DNA of 64,000 nt from Takakia lepidozioides (Eukaryota > Plantae > Bryophyta), in assembly GCA_030704615.1 (NCBI GenBank), contig CM060733.1, forward strand, positions 73,098,001 to 73,162,000, given 5' to 3'. Shown in pieces: positions 50,554-63,298 of the stretch. The notes beneath the pieces are model-generated. The model did no database searches. It was given only the letters and a program-made list of their open reading frames with translations, and was not told the origin of the DNA. The first letter of the stretch is position 1. The number at the start of each line of letters is the position of its first letter. Position numbers and translations under genes: made by a program.

Positions 50554-52469
50554 TTGCTTTGCATAACCGTCCGCTTTGAGGCAGGGACTGTACATGTGGT
50601 GAGAGAGGTGTATGACAAAGTGGGGAAGGTTGAGGGCACATGCGTTCAGAAACCACATTTGTCTGGCAGTCGGCGAGAGTGGAGAGTTCCACTTGCAAAG
50701 TATCGCGTTCATGGGGATCAAAGACGTCTGTCGGGAGGTTCCATAATCACGCCCGGAACAGCAGCTTCGGTGGCTCAGGTGCCGAAAACTCTGCCCATCA
50801 AAAGAGAAGAAACAACCTCCACCACATTTGTTGATATCTCCGATAGTTCAGAAGAGGACGTGTCGGAGCTCCCCGCGCCTCCGAATCAACGTCTGCTGGA
50901 GGACCCCGATGTGCAAGAGATCGCAAGTGTCATTCCGAAATTGCAGTCCTTGAGGGGGTTGCCGAGATGCAAGAGTGATGTGAGAGGCATTGACTGGGAT
51001 ACACAGCGAATCGTTAGAGCAAAATACCTACCCACTGAATTTAATGGTGATATCATTTTTGAGCTGCCACCAGCGACCTCCTTTGGGGATTGGCACGACG
51101 AATGGTGGGCATGGACAAGAAGCACGATGGACATCCATGGTGCCGGACGAAAACTTCCAATATATGCAATCCGTATGGCTTGAAGTTCCGTAGATCGATT
51201 TGCGTTGGACACCTCTGTTGTCCAAATGCTTCTTGCCAGCATTTCCAAATAGACGGTTCGGCAAACGAGACGGAATGGGAAGGTGTCTACGACAACCCTT
51301 TCAAAGTAGGTTGTGCTCCTACAAGCAGTAGTACTCTCATTTGCAAGTTGTGTAAATTGGTCCCACAGTGCATCGCAGATTGCAATGCATGTATGTACTA
51401 CGTGCTTCACAATTGCAGTTACCTCACAAGGGCATGTATCCATTTCGGCATTCATGCACATCCAATGTCCCAAGGATAGTGCTGGGAGACTATTGATACG
51501 GTCCGTTCACTGCTTGAACACGAAATTCATAGTGCTCCTGGTGCATTGCCATCAGCCACTGCTCTAGCAGCAAGCACAGGATTCTTACAAAAGTATTTGT
51601 TTGGGGAATTGTAGGAGTCCACCACTAAATTTGACACTGCCTCCCTTGACGATGTTCTGGACCATTTCTCAACATTGAGTTCTCTGAATGTGCGAAATCA
51701 AATCAACGTCCTAAGGGGGGGTGCTGCCAACACAGGCTTTATGGATAGCATCCTGGAGTTGAAGCGTATAAGCCGATATGACTTCATTCAGGACAGTGTT
51801 TTCCCGGGGCAAGGTGCCAGGAAAGTGTATTTATTCAAGATGTTCACAGTTGGTGAGGGATCGGGAGTTAGTCTGGTGCGAAGAATGCAGCCCGGTGGTG
51901 ATCTTCAGAAATCCTGGATTATGTTTGATCACGTGAAACGTGTGAAGGAATGGACGACCATGGCCTGTCATGAATACGATCCTGCCTACCAGATAGTGAT
52001 GACTGTTGTTGTTTGTGACATGCAGTCGGAGGACACAGAGTCACAAATTCTTATGTGGAAGTCCCTTGTTAACGTCATGACAGCTCATGGTGTCCCAGAT
52101 CCAAACTTCACTGGGCTCATGGCTGATAGCGCTCAAGCAAATTGGAATGTTGTCCGCATTGTTTTTGGTTCAGGTGACCCCAAACTACCAATGGAAGGCC
52201 GGGAACGCACTTGCCTCTTTCATTGGAGCCAGTCCCTACAACGCCACACAAAGAGTTCCATAAAATTGGAGTTGCGGGAGGAGCATATGAGACTATGTCG
52301 TGTGTATAAAGATGCCACCTCCGAGCAGGAAGCCAACTCTATGTTTCAGACTATTCGAGCATGGTGGTACTCATCTGAGGCAGCGAGTCTGGATGGAATC
52401 AAAGAACTGGAAGACTGGTTGGGGTTCTGGAACTTCAGATATATACAGTGGGGTGCCTTCATGACAACT
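50554..52469 (+). pseudogene. MULE-type DDE transposase with GCM-like region, copy C (3' exons not found)
   Basis: IIFELPP, DKKHDGHPW, CVGHLCCPN..C, ACIHFGIHAH, MFDHVKR, LMADSAQANW, RTCLFHWSQ; donor at 52470; stops near 51479 and 51612. Confidence 0.78.
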
Positions 52470-52836
52470 GTAAGTTAGTAGCGTAATGTATGTATGGATT
52501 TGTGGGTTTGCAGTATGTTCCTGTGGACTAATCCCCATTTCCCTCTTTGTACACAATGTCACTGCCATGTGAGACCGTTCACATGCAGAAGGTGACACTG
52601 TGAAGAATTCCACACCCTGAACTGCCACATTTTCCACACACATGTGGAAACACCCACACTGGCGTCATGTGATCACAACCACTCCCACAACATGCATAAG
52701 GACTTTGCGTCTTCCGCTTGATGCCTGCCATTGCACAACCAATTCATGTATCAACAGTAGTATGCAATAGAATGGGAATTACGTATGAAGCAATTGTCAA
52801 TGCGCGGAAGAGGAAGTGCTGGTGATTTATGGGGGT

Positions 52837-55800
52837 TTAAGAAGAAGCAATCGGTAACGGTTTTGTGGAAAGTTCATCATTTTTCTGGAAATCTACTTTC
52901 CTGGCAAGGGACATGTTGTTTCCATCATCATTTTTTATGAATGGAACTGCTTGAAGAGGGTGCAACAGACCTTTGTCGATTCTAACTTGTAAAGTGGACA
53001 GCCTCCCACGAACACAACGAAGCTCGGCAAGCAAATGTTTGCGCATTGTTTCACTCTCATTGCCAAGAAGCGACAGGGACTTCATCTCAGATTCAATTGA
53101 TGAAACATCCGATGGCTCCTGCCGACCACGCCGGGATGATGCTGAGCACTCCGTAGGCTCTGCTAGATTCACAACTTCCTCCTCTGCATCAATATCTGGA
53201 AGTTCCGATTTCATCAACATGTGAAGACCTCCATGAATGGTCCCGAGCTTTGTGCCACAGAGCTTCACAATAAGCCCTTCCTTCAGATTGGCTTCATCAA
53301 TTGAAGAACGCGGATTTGATGTTTGCACAAGTTACCCTTCAAAGCCCATGGACAATCGCAACAAGCCAGGTGGGCACGTGCATAGATTGTGTAGCTTCGA
53401 CCGGCCGTTTGAACACTATCCACAATCGCCGGATGACCAGGAACAGTGGGCAAATGAACATTGACATCAGGGATCTCCCTTGCAGTCCAAACAGCATTAC
53501 TGATAAATTCCTCTGTCGTACATTCCTTTTGAAGCCTTTCGATTTCAAGTTATCTCTATACCAATAGTGGGTTAGAACAGGACCCACGAGTTCGCTGATC
53601 AGCCAATCGATTCTCCTGCCATCAAGCCTTTGCTTTCCCGAGCGTAAACGAGCCTTCAAATTTCCGTGCCAAGATTCAATTGCGGCATTAGTATCCTGAC
53701 TTGCGTGGGGAATATAACGAGCCCCCGTGATCACATGCTCAGTTTTGGGACCCATTCCATTCTGATGTAACGTAGGAAGTCACGCGCAAGCGGATAGGAA
53801 TAATTCAAATCTTCCAGTCGCTCCAGCGCCCACTCTTCTAGGGTGACTCCCACACAGGCGTTAATGCCGTACATTACGTCGCCAAGCTGTTTCAAAACAG
53901 CATTGCGAGTGTATGGATCGGGCATCTTACGCCACGAATGTTTCAGCCAAGCGCGACGAACATGCCAAAGGCATAGAAATATTGCTACGTCCCCAAACGA
54001 TTCCCTGCACGCACACACATCAAATGCCACCCAATCCATCAGTGTAACTCTTGTCAGTGTAACTCTTATCAGGAACTCTTCGCAGTGTAACTCGTAGAAG
54101 TGTAACTCTTCAAAGTGTCACTCTTAGTAGTGTGACTCATGTAACCCCTCGTGCATCTGGTCATGTAACTATCAGTGTGAAACTCACAGCAGTGTAACCC
54201 AACACATATAACCCCTCGCAGCGCTGTAACGCAATCCATGTTACACCGTGTAACTCTCAGAGCGACCCAACCATACAAACCCTCTGCGATGCTCCCAGTG
54301 TAACTCACATGCTATAGCAGTGCAACCTAATCCATGTAGGACTGCGGATGACACGCCGTGTAACTCCCTGTGTAACTCGCAGTGTAACCCTCTGTCTACC
54401 TCATAGCAGTATAACCCTCGGTCTAACTCACAGTAGTATAACCCTCGGTCACAGCCAACCCTCCGTCCAACTCAAGGCAGTAAACCATCTGTCTAACTGA
54501 TAGTGTAACCCTCAGTGTAATAGACAGCACTGCAACCCAATCCATGTAACCCCTCGAGCAACTGACAGTGTAACTCCAAGTGTTACAGGCAGCAATGCAC
54601 CCCCTCGTGTAACTGGCAGTTTAACTCTTACTGTGATTCTCAGTGTAACTAGCAGCAGTGTAGCCGATCCATGAAACCCCTCGTGCATGCAACTTGTAGT
54701 GTGACTCAGAACATTGTAACTTCTAGCCGTGTACCTGATAGCATTGATTTCTGCGTCTGCATCGTCGACAACAAAAGCATTTGGCCTCCAATCTGGTTTG
54801 CTCTGAAGAAGTCGGTCGCGAAGACGTTTCATCCAGGGGCTCAAGTCAGTCGTTTTGTTTCTCGCTGATATAATATAAGCAACAGGTATGCCGTTGAGCC
54901 ATTCGTCAAACACCATCATGGTATACATTGGAACTGCAATGTCGCAATGGTACAAAAATGAATAAGGTGAGCGTTAAATATTGGCAACAGTTGCATGGCA
55001 CTCACATTTCAGAATGCAATGAAAGGTAAAGCGTGACACGAATACCTTATTCGTTGGTCCCAAATGTTGCATCGCAGGATACCACACGGTTGTGTCCCAA
55101 GTCGATCATTTTCTGTTTTTGCCACTCCGTTTGTATTCCAATTACGAACTTCAAATCACCCGCCACTGGCGCTGTCTCTTCATGGTAGAAGAAGACGCTT
55201 TCAGGATTGCTATTGACCCACATACGTACACTTTGTGCATCATCTGGATGTTTTTTTAACTCTCAATCGCAAGCTTGTCGGCAATGTTTCTCACGTCGTA
55301 CTCGAACAAGAAACAATCGCGACTCCACTCCATGCCTGGCTGAGACGCACAAGCTTCCTGGAGTTGTTGAGTGTGTTGTGTCATAATCATAGCTGGAGAT
55401 AGGCCACTGCGAAGACTATCGACGATCCACTGTTTCATATCTTGGCTGAGACGAGGGGCATGCACGAATCGCGAGAAATGGGAAGAGGGGTCAGCTGAAC
55501 CATGACATGGCTTTCCTTTTGCATCCACATGCTGTTTCTGGAAGTATGTGATGATTGCCAACTCTGAATCTAGAAAACACTGGCCAACTTTGAAGCTACA
55601 CGTACACCCACGTTTGTATGACTCTCCGAAATCCGCTGCCTTACGTCTGATTCGCTTGACTGCTGTTTGATTATCGGAGGCTGCTATCGGTTTTTCTTTT
55701 TTCTTCACAATCGGCGGGTCCGTGCGCCTATCTATCGGGCCGTAGCAGCAGTGGTACCTGCAAAAAAAAGCATATAAAGCGAGGAGGGTTATCGCCATAT

Positions 55801-56320
55801 ACGACTTTGCTAGACTAGCAGAAAGAAGTGGGGCTGGGAATGTTATACAACCCTCATAAGTGACTTACTTATGCCACTGACGATAACTGTTTGCACGCGG
55901 TGTTGTCAAATCTGGCAACTCACGGTACCTTCGATCTTGAACATAAAATTGGGTCTTCCCATCCACTCTACTCCTTTCTCCCTCCAGAAAGTCAGGAATG
56001 CGAGACCATGGAACGACAGCTACTTCGATGGATATCCGTTTCCCTTTTCCCTGGGAAACCTGGCGTATCCAACGGAGGTTTGTGTGATTGAAAAGCCCGT
56101 CTATGGGCAGCTGTAGGATGCATTTCAAATGAGATACCAAATGCTGCAAATGACAGAGTTCTCCCGCCTCATCTTTCAAACCATTTGATTCCAATGCTGC
56201 TTTGCGTTCCTCGTCTAGCACCTTCGCGGCAGCACATGCCATTAGCAGCAACAATACCACCAGTACAGTACAAATCGCATAATACACGCGGGCAACGCAG
56301 CGGAGCCCTCGGGACTGCAC
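52837..56320 (-). pseudogene. Second MULE-type transposase, related to the plant SWIM zinc-finger family (AT1G60560/AT4G13970 type)
   Basis: YHCCYGP, KRGCTCSF, HVD..G..CHG, IGIQTEWQ, CDATFG, FVVDDADAE, LCLWHVRRAW, NAAIESWH. Introns at 55758-55868, 54934-55045 and 54005-54734; stop at 55256. Confidence 0.82.
54040..54720 (-). repeat. Intronic TGTAAC(C/T)C short-motif array
   Basis: Many GTGTAACYC motifs; the reverse complement of the 56480-58035 array motif. Confidence 0.85.
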
Positions 56321-56479
56321 GTCGTCTACGCACCTGGTGAAAATGACGAGCGATGATGGAGTTACACGTGGGTTTTGATGTTACCGAATCGTGTAACCCA
56401 GGTTTGAATTCAAAATATCTGACACCTCTTGGAGCCCGCCAATTTTTGCCGGGCACTAAGGGGCTACACGAACAGGGGT

Positions 56480-58035
56480 GACATGCGTTGGGGATAAAGG
56501 ATCCGGGGTGACACGAGCTATGAGTGACACAATCGGGGGTTACACGGGGGGGATTGATACAGTATCGGGGTTACATGGTGGGGTTACAATGTGAGAGTTG
56601 CACAATGAGGGTTACACGAGGCGGAGCTAAAGCGCTGACGTGCAGAGGGTTACAGGATGATGGGGTTACGAGGAACTGGAGTTACACGGAGAGGGTATAT
56701 GGGATAACATGATACAAGCTTACATTGGGGTTACACGATGCAGGATAACATGGAGTGAGGGTTACACCTCGCGGGTAACAGAGGGTTACATGGGTTACAA
56801 AGGGTTACAGAGGGTCATGGGGTTACATGGGTTACAGAGGGTGACATAGGGTTACATGGGAGGGTTACATGGAGTGAGGGTTACACTCAGCGGGTGTTAC
56901 AGAGGGATAAAACGGGTTACGGAGGGTTACATGGTGGTGAGGGTTACACCTGGTGGGGTTACAGAGAGTCACAGAGGGTCACATAGGGTTACATGGAATG
57001 AGGTTACACAGGGGTGAGGGTGACACTCTACGGTGTTACAGAGGGTTACTGAGGGTTACATGGTGGTGAAGGTTACACCTGGTGAGGGTTATAGAGGGTC
57101 ACAGAGGGTCACATGGGTTATAGAGGGTAGAGGGTTACATGGGTGAGGGTTACATGGGGTTACATGGGTTACACAGGGTCACAGAGGGTTACACGGGTTA
57201 CGCAGGGTCACAGAGGATTACATGGGTTACAAGGAGTGAGGGATGCATAGGGATGGGGGTGACACTCTGCGGTTGTTACAGAGGGTTACATGGTGGTAAG
57301 GGTTACACCTAGTGAGGGATATAGAGGGTCACAGAGGGTTACATGGGTTACAGAGAGTTACAGAGGGTCAGAGAGGGTTACATAGAGTGAGGATTATATA
57401 GGGGTGAGGGTGACACTCTGCGGTGTTACAGAGGGTTACATGGTGGTGAGGGTTACAAAGGGTCACAGAGGGTTACATGTGTTACAGAGGGTTACATGGA
57501 GTGAGGGTTACATAAGGGGTGAGGGTGACGCTCTAACGGTGTTACAGAGGATTACATGGGTACAGAGCCACGGAGGGTCACAGAGGGTTACATGGAGTGA
57601 GGGTTACATGGGGATGAGGGTGACACTCTGCGGTGTCACAGAGGGTTTGTGAGAGTTACGGAGGGTTACATGGTGACGAGGGTGACACTCTGCGGTGTTA
57701 CAGAGGGTTACATGGTGGTAAGGGTTACACCTGGTGAGGGATATAGAGGGTCACATGGGTTACAGAGGGTTACATGGTGGTGAGGGTTAGAGAGGGTCAG
57801 AGAGGGTTACATGGAGTGAGGGTTACATAGGGGTGAGGGTGACACTCTTGTGTTACAGAGGGTTACATGGTGGTGAGGGTTACAAAGGGTCACAGAGGGT
57901 TACATGGGTTACAGAGGGTTACATAAGGGGTGAGGACGACACTCTACGGTGTTACAGATGGTTACATAGGTTACAGAGCCACAGAGGGTTTGTGAGGGTT
58001 ACATGGTGGCGAGGGTGACACTCTGCGGTGTTACA
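56480..58035 (+). repeat. GGGTTACA-based complex satellite
   Basis: Dense GGGTTACA, GGGTCACA and GGGTGACA motifs with recurring longer blocks such as GGGTGACACTCTGCGGTGTTACAGA. Confidence 0.95.
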
Positions 58036-58839
58036 GTTGGGTTTTTCGTCATTGCTTCTTTCTTCGTAGTTCATCCTTCTTCCGGTTGACATTCGGTGTC
58101 TGCCGTGGTTCATCCGTTCCTTGTCATTCATCCTTTCGGGATGAGGAAGGATCTGGAAAGTGTAATGAATTCAGATGCGGCGTTACATGAATGCAATACT
58201 TGCAGGTAGGCTTATTATTATTGCGGGCTACATTATCCGCCATTTTTATGCAATCCGTTGGATTGTGCCCTCGTTCTCGCTCTAATTTATGATAAGTGCC
58301 TCGTGGTGTGCTCAAGAATACATATATGCCTCTCATTAAAACTCAATTTCCTAATTAAAAATTTGTTCTTCTCACCATTTCTCTACTTAATTTGTAGAGT
58401 GCGCATTATCAAACCATCTGCAAACAGAATACCGTAGTATAGGGGTCATTTTGACACAAATTTTAACATTTCAAAGATTGTTGAAAATTTTGAAAATTGA
58501 TTTTGTGAAATTAACTGACTTTGTGAATGATAATAGAGTATCTTTGGAATATTCCATATGTTGCCACACATCATACTCAGAACACCAATGGATTCAACCA
58601 GAGGGCTACCCTTCTCAGTCATGTATCTTACAGACATTGAACAAGAATCCCTCACTGGCTAGGGCTTCACTGCAAACAGCTTCTCGAGTCTCCTCACCAT
58701 CTACTCTAGCCAAAAGTATACTTTGCGATCAATGGATGCCTTACCTGCCAGGATCTGCCACTGGTCCTCTGCTGACAAGGAGTTCAACCCCTCGCACCAA
58801 ATGACTACCCCTGCTTTTCTGGCTCCTTGCTAACTACTT

Positions 58840-59743
58840 TGCATGGATTGGGACCAGACCAGTTCAGGACCTGCCAATTGACCCAGGAGATTGGCAATGG
58901 AACTTTGGGGGGACCCTATGCAAATTTTTCTCCTACTCCGCAAAGAAAGCCTACAGAGCCCTCATCAACCTTGGTTCCCTATCTGTAAAATGGAATGAGG
59001 AGTGGGGTCATGAACAATTCCTGGAGGAAAATTGGGACAGTATCTGAAGTTTGATTTGGGAGAAATCAAAACCTGCCAAGCTCAGTGCCTTCTTATGGCA
59101 GATTGCCAACAGGGCTCTCAAGACATCAAGAAGACTCCAGAACGTCAGCTGTTCTTCCTCAGATTTTTTCAGATCCACATGGGGCCGGGGGTGGGGGGCG
59201 GGTTTGCACCTGCATGGGGATGACTCCTGTGAATGGCCGGGACAAACCCCACCTCAGTGGCAACAGCACCAAACCCTCCTCTCCTGCTTCCCCACAATTT
59301 GATAAGTCCGACATAAACTGGAAGCATGTCAAGACCAACACCAAGACCAAGCTGTCTTACTTCAAATAGCTTATTGCAGCTCATTTCTAGGGATCCATTG
59401 ATCCCTTCACTGTTGTTTCCACTACTTGCTCAGTGATCAAAATTAGGGCAATGGCCCTCTGTGATGTCTGGGGATGGGGTTTCCCTTTGGCGTGCATACT
59501 GTTTCTGCTCTGGGTCTCCTCCCCTTACTCCCCTTACTCCACCCTTACTCTCTAGCTCCTAGTCTCAATGACACCAGTGATAGTTCTTCGGGTCATCCGT
59601 CACGGTTTACCGTGTGCTTGGGCCTCATGGCGGCCAAGGGCCATCAAGGGTTTTTAATTTTTTTCCCTTCAATAGTTATAATAAAGTTCATCCAGGACCT
59701 CTGTCCCGTGTTCTGCAACCCTAAAAATAAAAATAAAAAAAAA
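58840..59743 (+). mobile_element. 5'-truncated L1-like LINE tail
   Basis: YSAKKAY...W...IWEKSKPAKLSAFLWQIANRAL (zf-RVT-like), then AATAAA and an A-rich tail at 59723-59743. Confidence 0.6.
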
Positions 59744-60479
59744 CGTGTACTTCGGTGCCCACTTTAAAACTTTAAAACTGCCCCGGAATGCATATATGCC
59801 ACAGAAGGTCAACTACTACACTCAAAATCAGAGTGCGAATCCAACAACATTCAAAAGAGGCATCAAGCACCTTTACTATCATATCTTAGATTAAATTCAT
59901 CTAATTAACATTGGTGTCTTGCATGACACACTTGTCTTAATATGCCATAAAATACAACTAAACTAATCTATAAAGAGGTACAATAATAATTCAAGAGGAT
60001 AACACAACGGGTCAAATATATCATCTCTGCAAAAAGCTCCTTATGGAGACCATGTCTACAGGTCTTCCTCAGTCACTTTCAGCAGACATAATGAAGAAAT
60101 TGCCAGTACAGAGGAAGTTGCCATGCCCTGCTTGACGTGTAATAGGTATTAAAATGCCATACATACACCACCAAAAAGGGCAGCTTTCTGTGCCATATTT
60201 CAAGTTCAAACCCCTTTGAACCAAGCTGTGAGAGCTCATCTTGGAACAGTTACAAGACCATTCGACTGTCCCCATCACTGGTTCTACACTAAAGTGAACT
60301 TCACAGTGAACCAAAAACTGTGTGAAAAAGGTCCCCAACTGTTTCTTCCAGTAAAGAGCCTAGTGGTGCTATGCCACTTGATTCACAGGAAAAATTAAGG
60401 GGAGGGGAGAATGGAGCTAAATGCATTAGAGACAAATATACAAGGAAACATAGGGACATGCTAGACAATGAATGAAAGA

Positions 60480-63298
60480 TCATTGAAAGCGAACCACGAT
60501 GCACGAAATGTCATCCTTGCTCTTACGATTGAGTGCTTCAGTTGTGAGTTGCTTGGCTGCCACCTTTGGATCCCGCACCTTCTTCACCAGATCAACAGCC
60601 TCTTGATTCTTCATCACCTGTTTACAAGCATGAGCTACAAAATTAGTGTTTTCTCATTCAAAACAGAAACTCCTATAAAAGTACAACATACTACAGTTGA
60701 ATGCATACTACCACACAAAAATGACCTTGACAAGGTGGATCTTACAGTTAGATATAAACTCCTTGAATGTCAGCAAAGGGCTCAATCAAAACCCACACCC
60801 AGCCTTTGATGTAGACAACAAAGGTAAGGTTTGATTTCTTTTGCCACTGGACAATCCATTATTGAAATGGGAAGAGGTGATTGTTCTGAAGGAAACAAGG
60901 AGGCAGGTGTGATGAGTGTCCTTACCATGCTTGAAAGCCCAATAGCATACATACAGCAGAGGAAGAATGACAATAACAGGGAAAATGGGAACTGCGTTCC
61001 CACAAAACTCTTAAGAAATGTGATCGATGGTACTGGTTCCATTTTTTCAATGTCCGGGACAACTGATAACTCAACCAATAGAGGGCTGCAGTTCAAGGCA
61101 TTAACTCCGAATATGCAACTCCAAGAAAATTGGGACAACTTACTTTTCACCTCTAGTGGGTGGCTCACTGAAAAGAGTACCACACACTCCCACCCACAAG
61201 ACGTCTTGTTTTTCCCTTAATGCTGTGCTTGTATGTAAGTACATGTCACCTCCATTGTCAAGCTAGTTGGCAAGGGGGATAGGCCAAGGAAGGAAAATGG
61301 GGAAGATGCACAAACAGTGCTGAGGCTTACGGCTTCTGCAATCCTGAGACATACCTCTTTAACAAAATTTTAGTTGTAACTTGCCATCTCTTTAACAGAT
61401 GACCTTCACAAGACCATACCAAGAAATAAGAGTGTCTTGGGTCAATGCTTTGGGCAATGCCATAGCATATAGGCAACACTGACACCGAACTGTTGAAATA
61501 CCTAAACTATGCCATATGGACATTTATCTGATGCAGTAAGAAGAAGAAAATACTCGAGTCAAAATCCTACCCCAACTTTTGATACATGAGAAGAGAGGAG
61601 AGGAGTGGAAAGAATATAGTCCTGTGCAGCTTTGGTTTAAAAGTTTCTAGCATCTTTCCCTGACATGTAACCACTTGGAATTGACAACAACAAAATGGTG
61701 ACCTAGAGCTCCAGTCAGCAGACAGAGATACAAGCTCCTACTACAATCGTTTAGAGAAAGAAAGAGGGCTCAGTAAAAACAATTAGATGATTTCAACCAC
61801 ACCGACATAGGTTTGAAGGTGCACATGGAAACTCGCAGAGATACAAACAACATTTCTTTCTCCAACACCAGCATGCAGCAGAACTTGTCTACATCTAGGG
61901 ATTGATAGTGGAAAAACACCCCACACCTCTGTTTACAGCTGCAAGTGTGTTCTACTTGAATAGAGGTACAAACCTTCCAAAGGCCATCACTGGCCAGAAT
62001 GAGCAAGTCGATGCTGTCATCCACCAACTCTTCTCTGATATCTGGCTGTGCACTCAAATGAACCTTCAGACTTTTGTCGCCGAATGCACGAGCTACTGCA
62101 AGTTGTCCATCCACCCTTGGAACATCCCCTGCAACACAGGCAGGAGCTATGTAAGGCACACAAAATTGCCTTCCCAGAATGTGCAGGTGGGAGTTCTTAA
62201 ATAAACCAGTACAACCAAAGGAGTGGGACCCTTGCAAACACCAGCTTCCCCTCTCACTGGGAACACAAAAACCTTAATGCTGTCTCTTCACTTACACAGC
62301 CACCAATCAACACCTTATTATACCTCAAGACCTGTGAGGTTTTGACCATACAAACCCCAAAATGTCAGGCAACCCCAAGATTAACACAAACTACAACATT
62401 CAGAGACCGAACTCCAGAGGGGCTATCCTTCCGATGAGCAGATTAAAACAATACCTGGCATGTTAGAGACGAAACCCCCCTTGTTTTCAATGCTTCCCCT
62501 CTCAGAAGGAGCACTTGGCTCATGATCAACAGAAAGCTGGACAGCAACTCCAGCCCTGCAAAGAACTGCCCTGGAATCACCCACATTGGCCACCAACAGA
62601 CGCCTGCCATCTATAAGAATTGCAGTCACAGCTGTTGAGCCTCCAGGTCCCAAATCTGGAGCTCTCTCCAGAATAGTCCCATCTGTGTTTAGATATGCCT
62701 TTCTGATAGCTGCTGCAGGATCTCTCCAAAATCCAGCCTGCCACAACATTAACTCAGCCAACTGTCATGCCACAGTAATTCATGGCAAGAGTCCCACTCT
62801 CCTCCCTTACTCCACGTTGATCCATAGGCCTAGAGCCCTTATGGAAAAATCAGCTTCCCCACAATGCACACCTGTGTACTGTTTCCACTGCATTAATAAA
62901 GCTCCAAAGGAGTATCATGCAGCAAATGACATCTGAACATCTACACACACGAGTCTAAAAGCAACCATCTAAAGAACAATAGAACAGATCGACAAAAAGG
63001 TTGAGCGGGCACTTCCAGAGAGCTACAGTTTCATTCTAGTTTGAGAGCTTCATACCTCTTTGAGAATATTGTCAAACAGATTTTGCTGCAGATAGTCAGC
63101 AACGTTTTGTCCCAGATGACCATCATAGATAGCAAACAATCCGAGTTCATGTTCTTTGACTCTTCTGAATTCTGCAACATGATAATCTTCCATTGCATGC
63201 CTTGATTTTCCTTTCACAAGAGAGAAGCCATGCACAATCTGATTGCTAGTATGCTGACTCTGTCCTCTTCCAGTGTCGGGTTGCAAGCCTGAAGCCAT
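60480..63298 (-). CDS. PP2C: Protein phosphatase 2C, plant clade F type, 272 aa
   Basis: Exons 63298-63056, 62737-62455, 62128-61974 and 60617-60480 sum to 819 nt in frame. Motifs MED, FAIYDGH, GSTAVT, NVGDSRA, ARAFGD, ASDGLW, SKDDISC. An extra upstream exon is possible. Confidence 0.95.

Noticed and set aside
56480-58035. Telomeric or interstitial telomere repeat
   Set aside because: GGGTTACA is not the plant TTTAGGG repeat, the array is heterogeneous, and a host gene lies beyond it.
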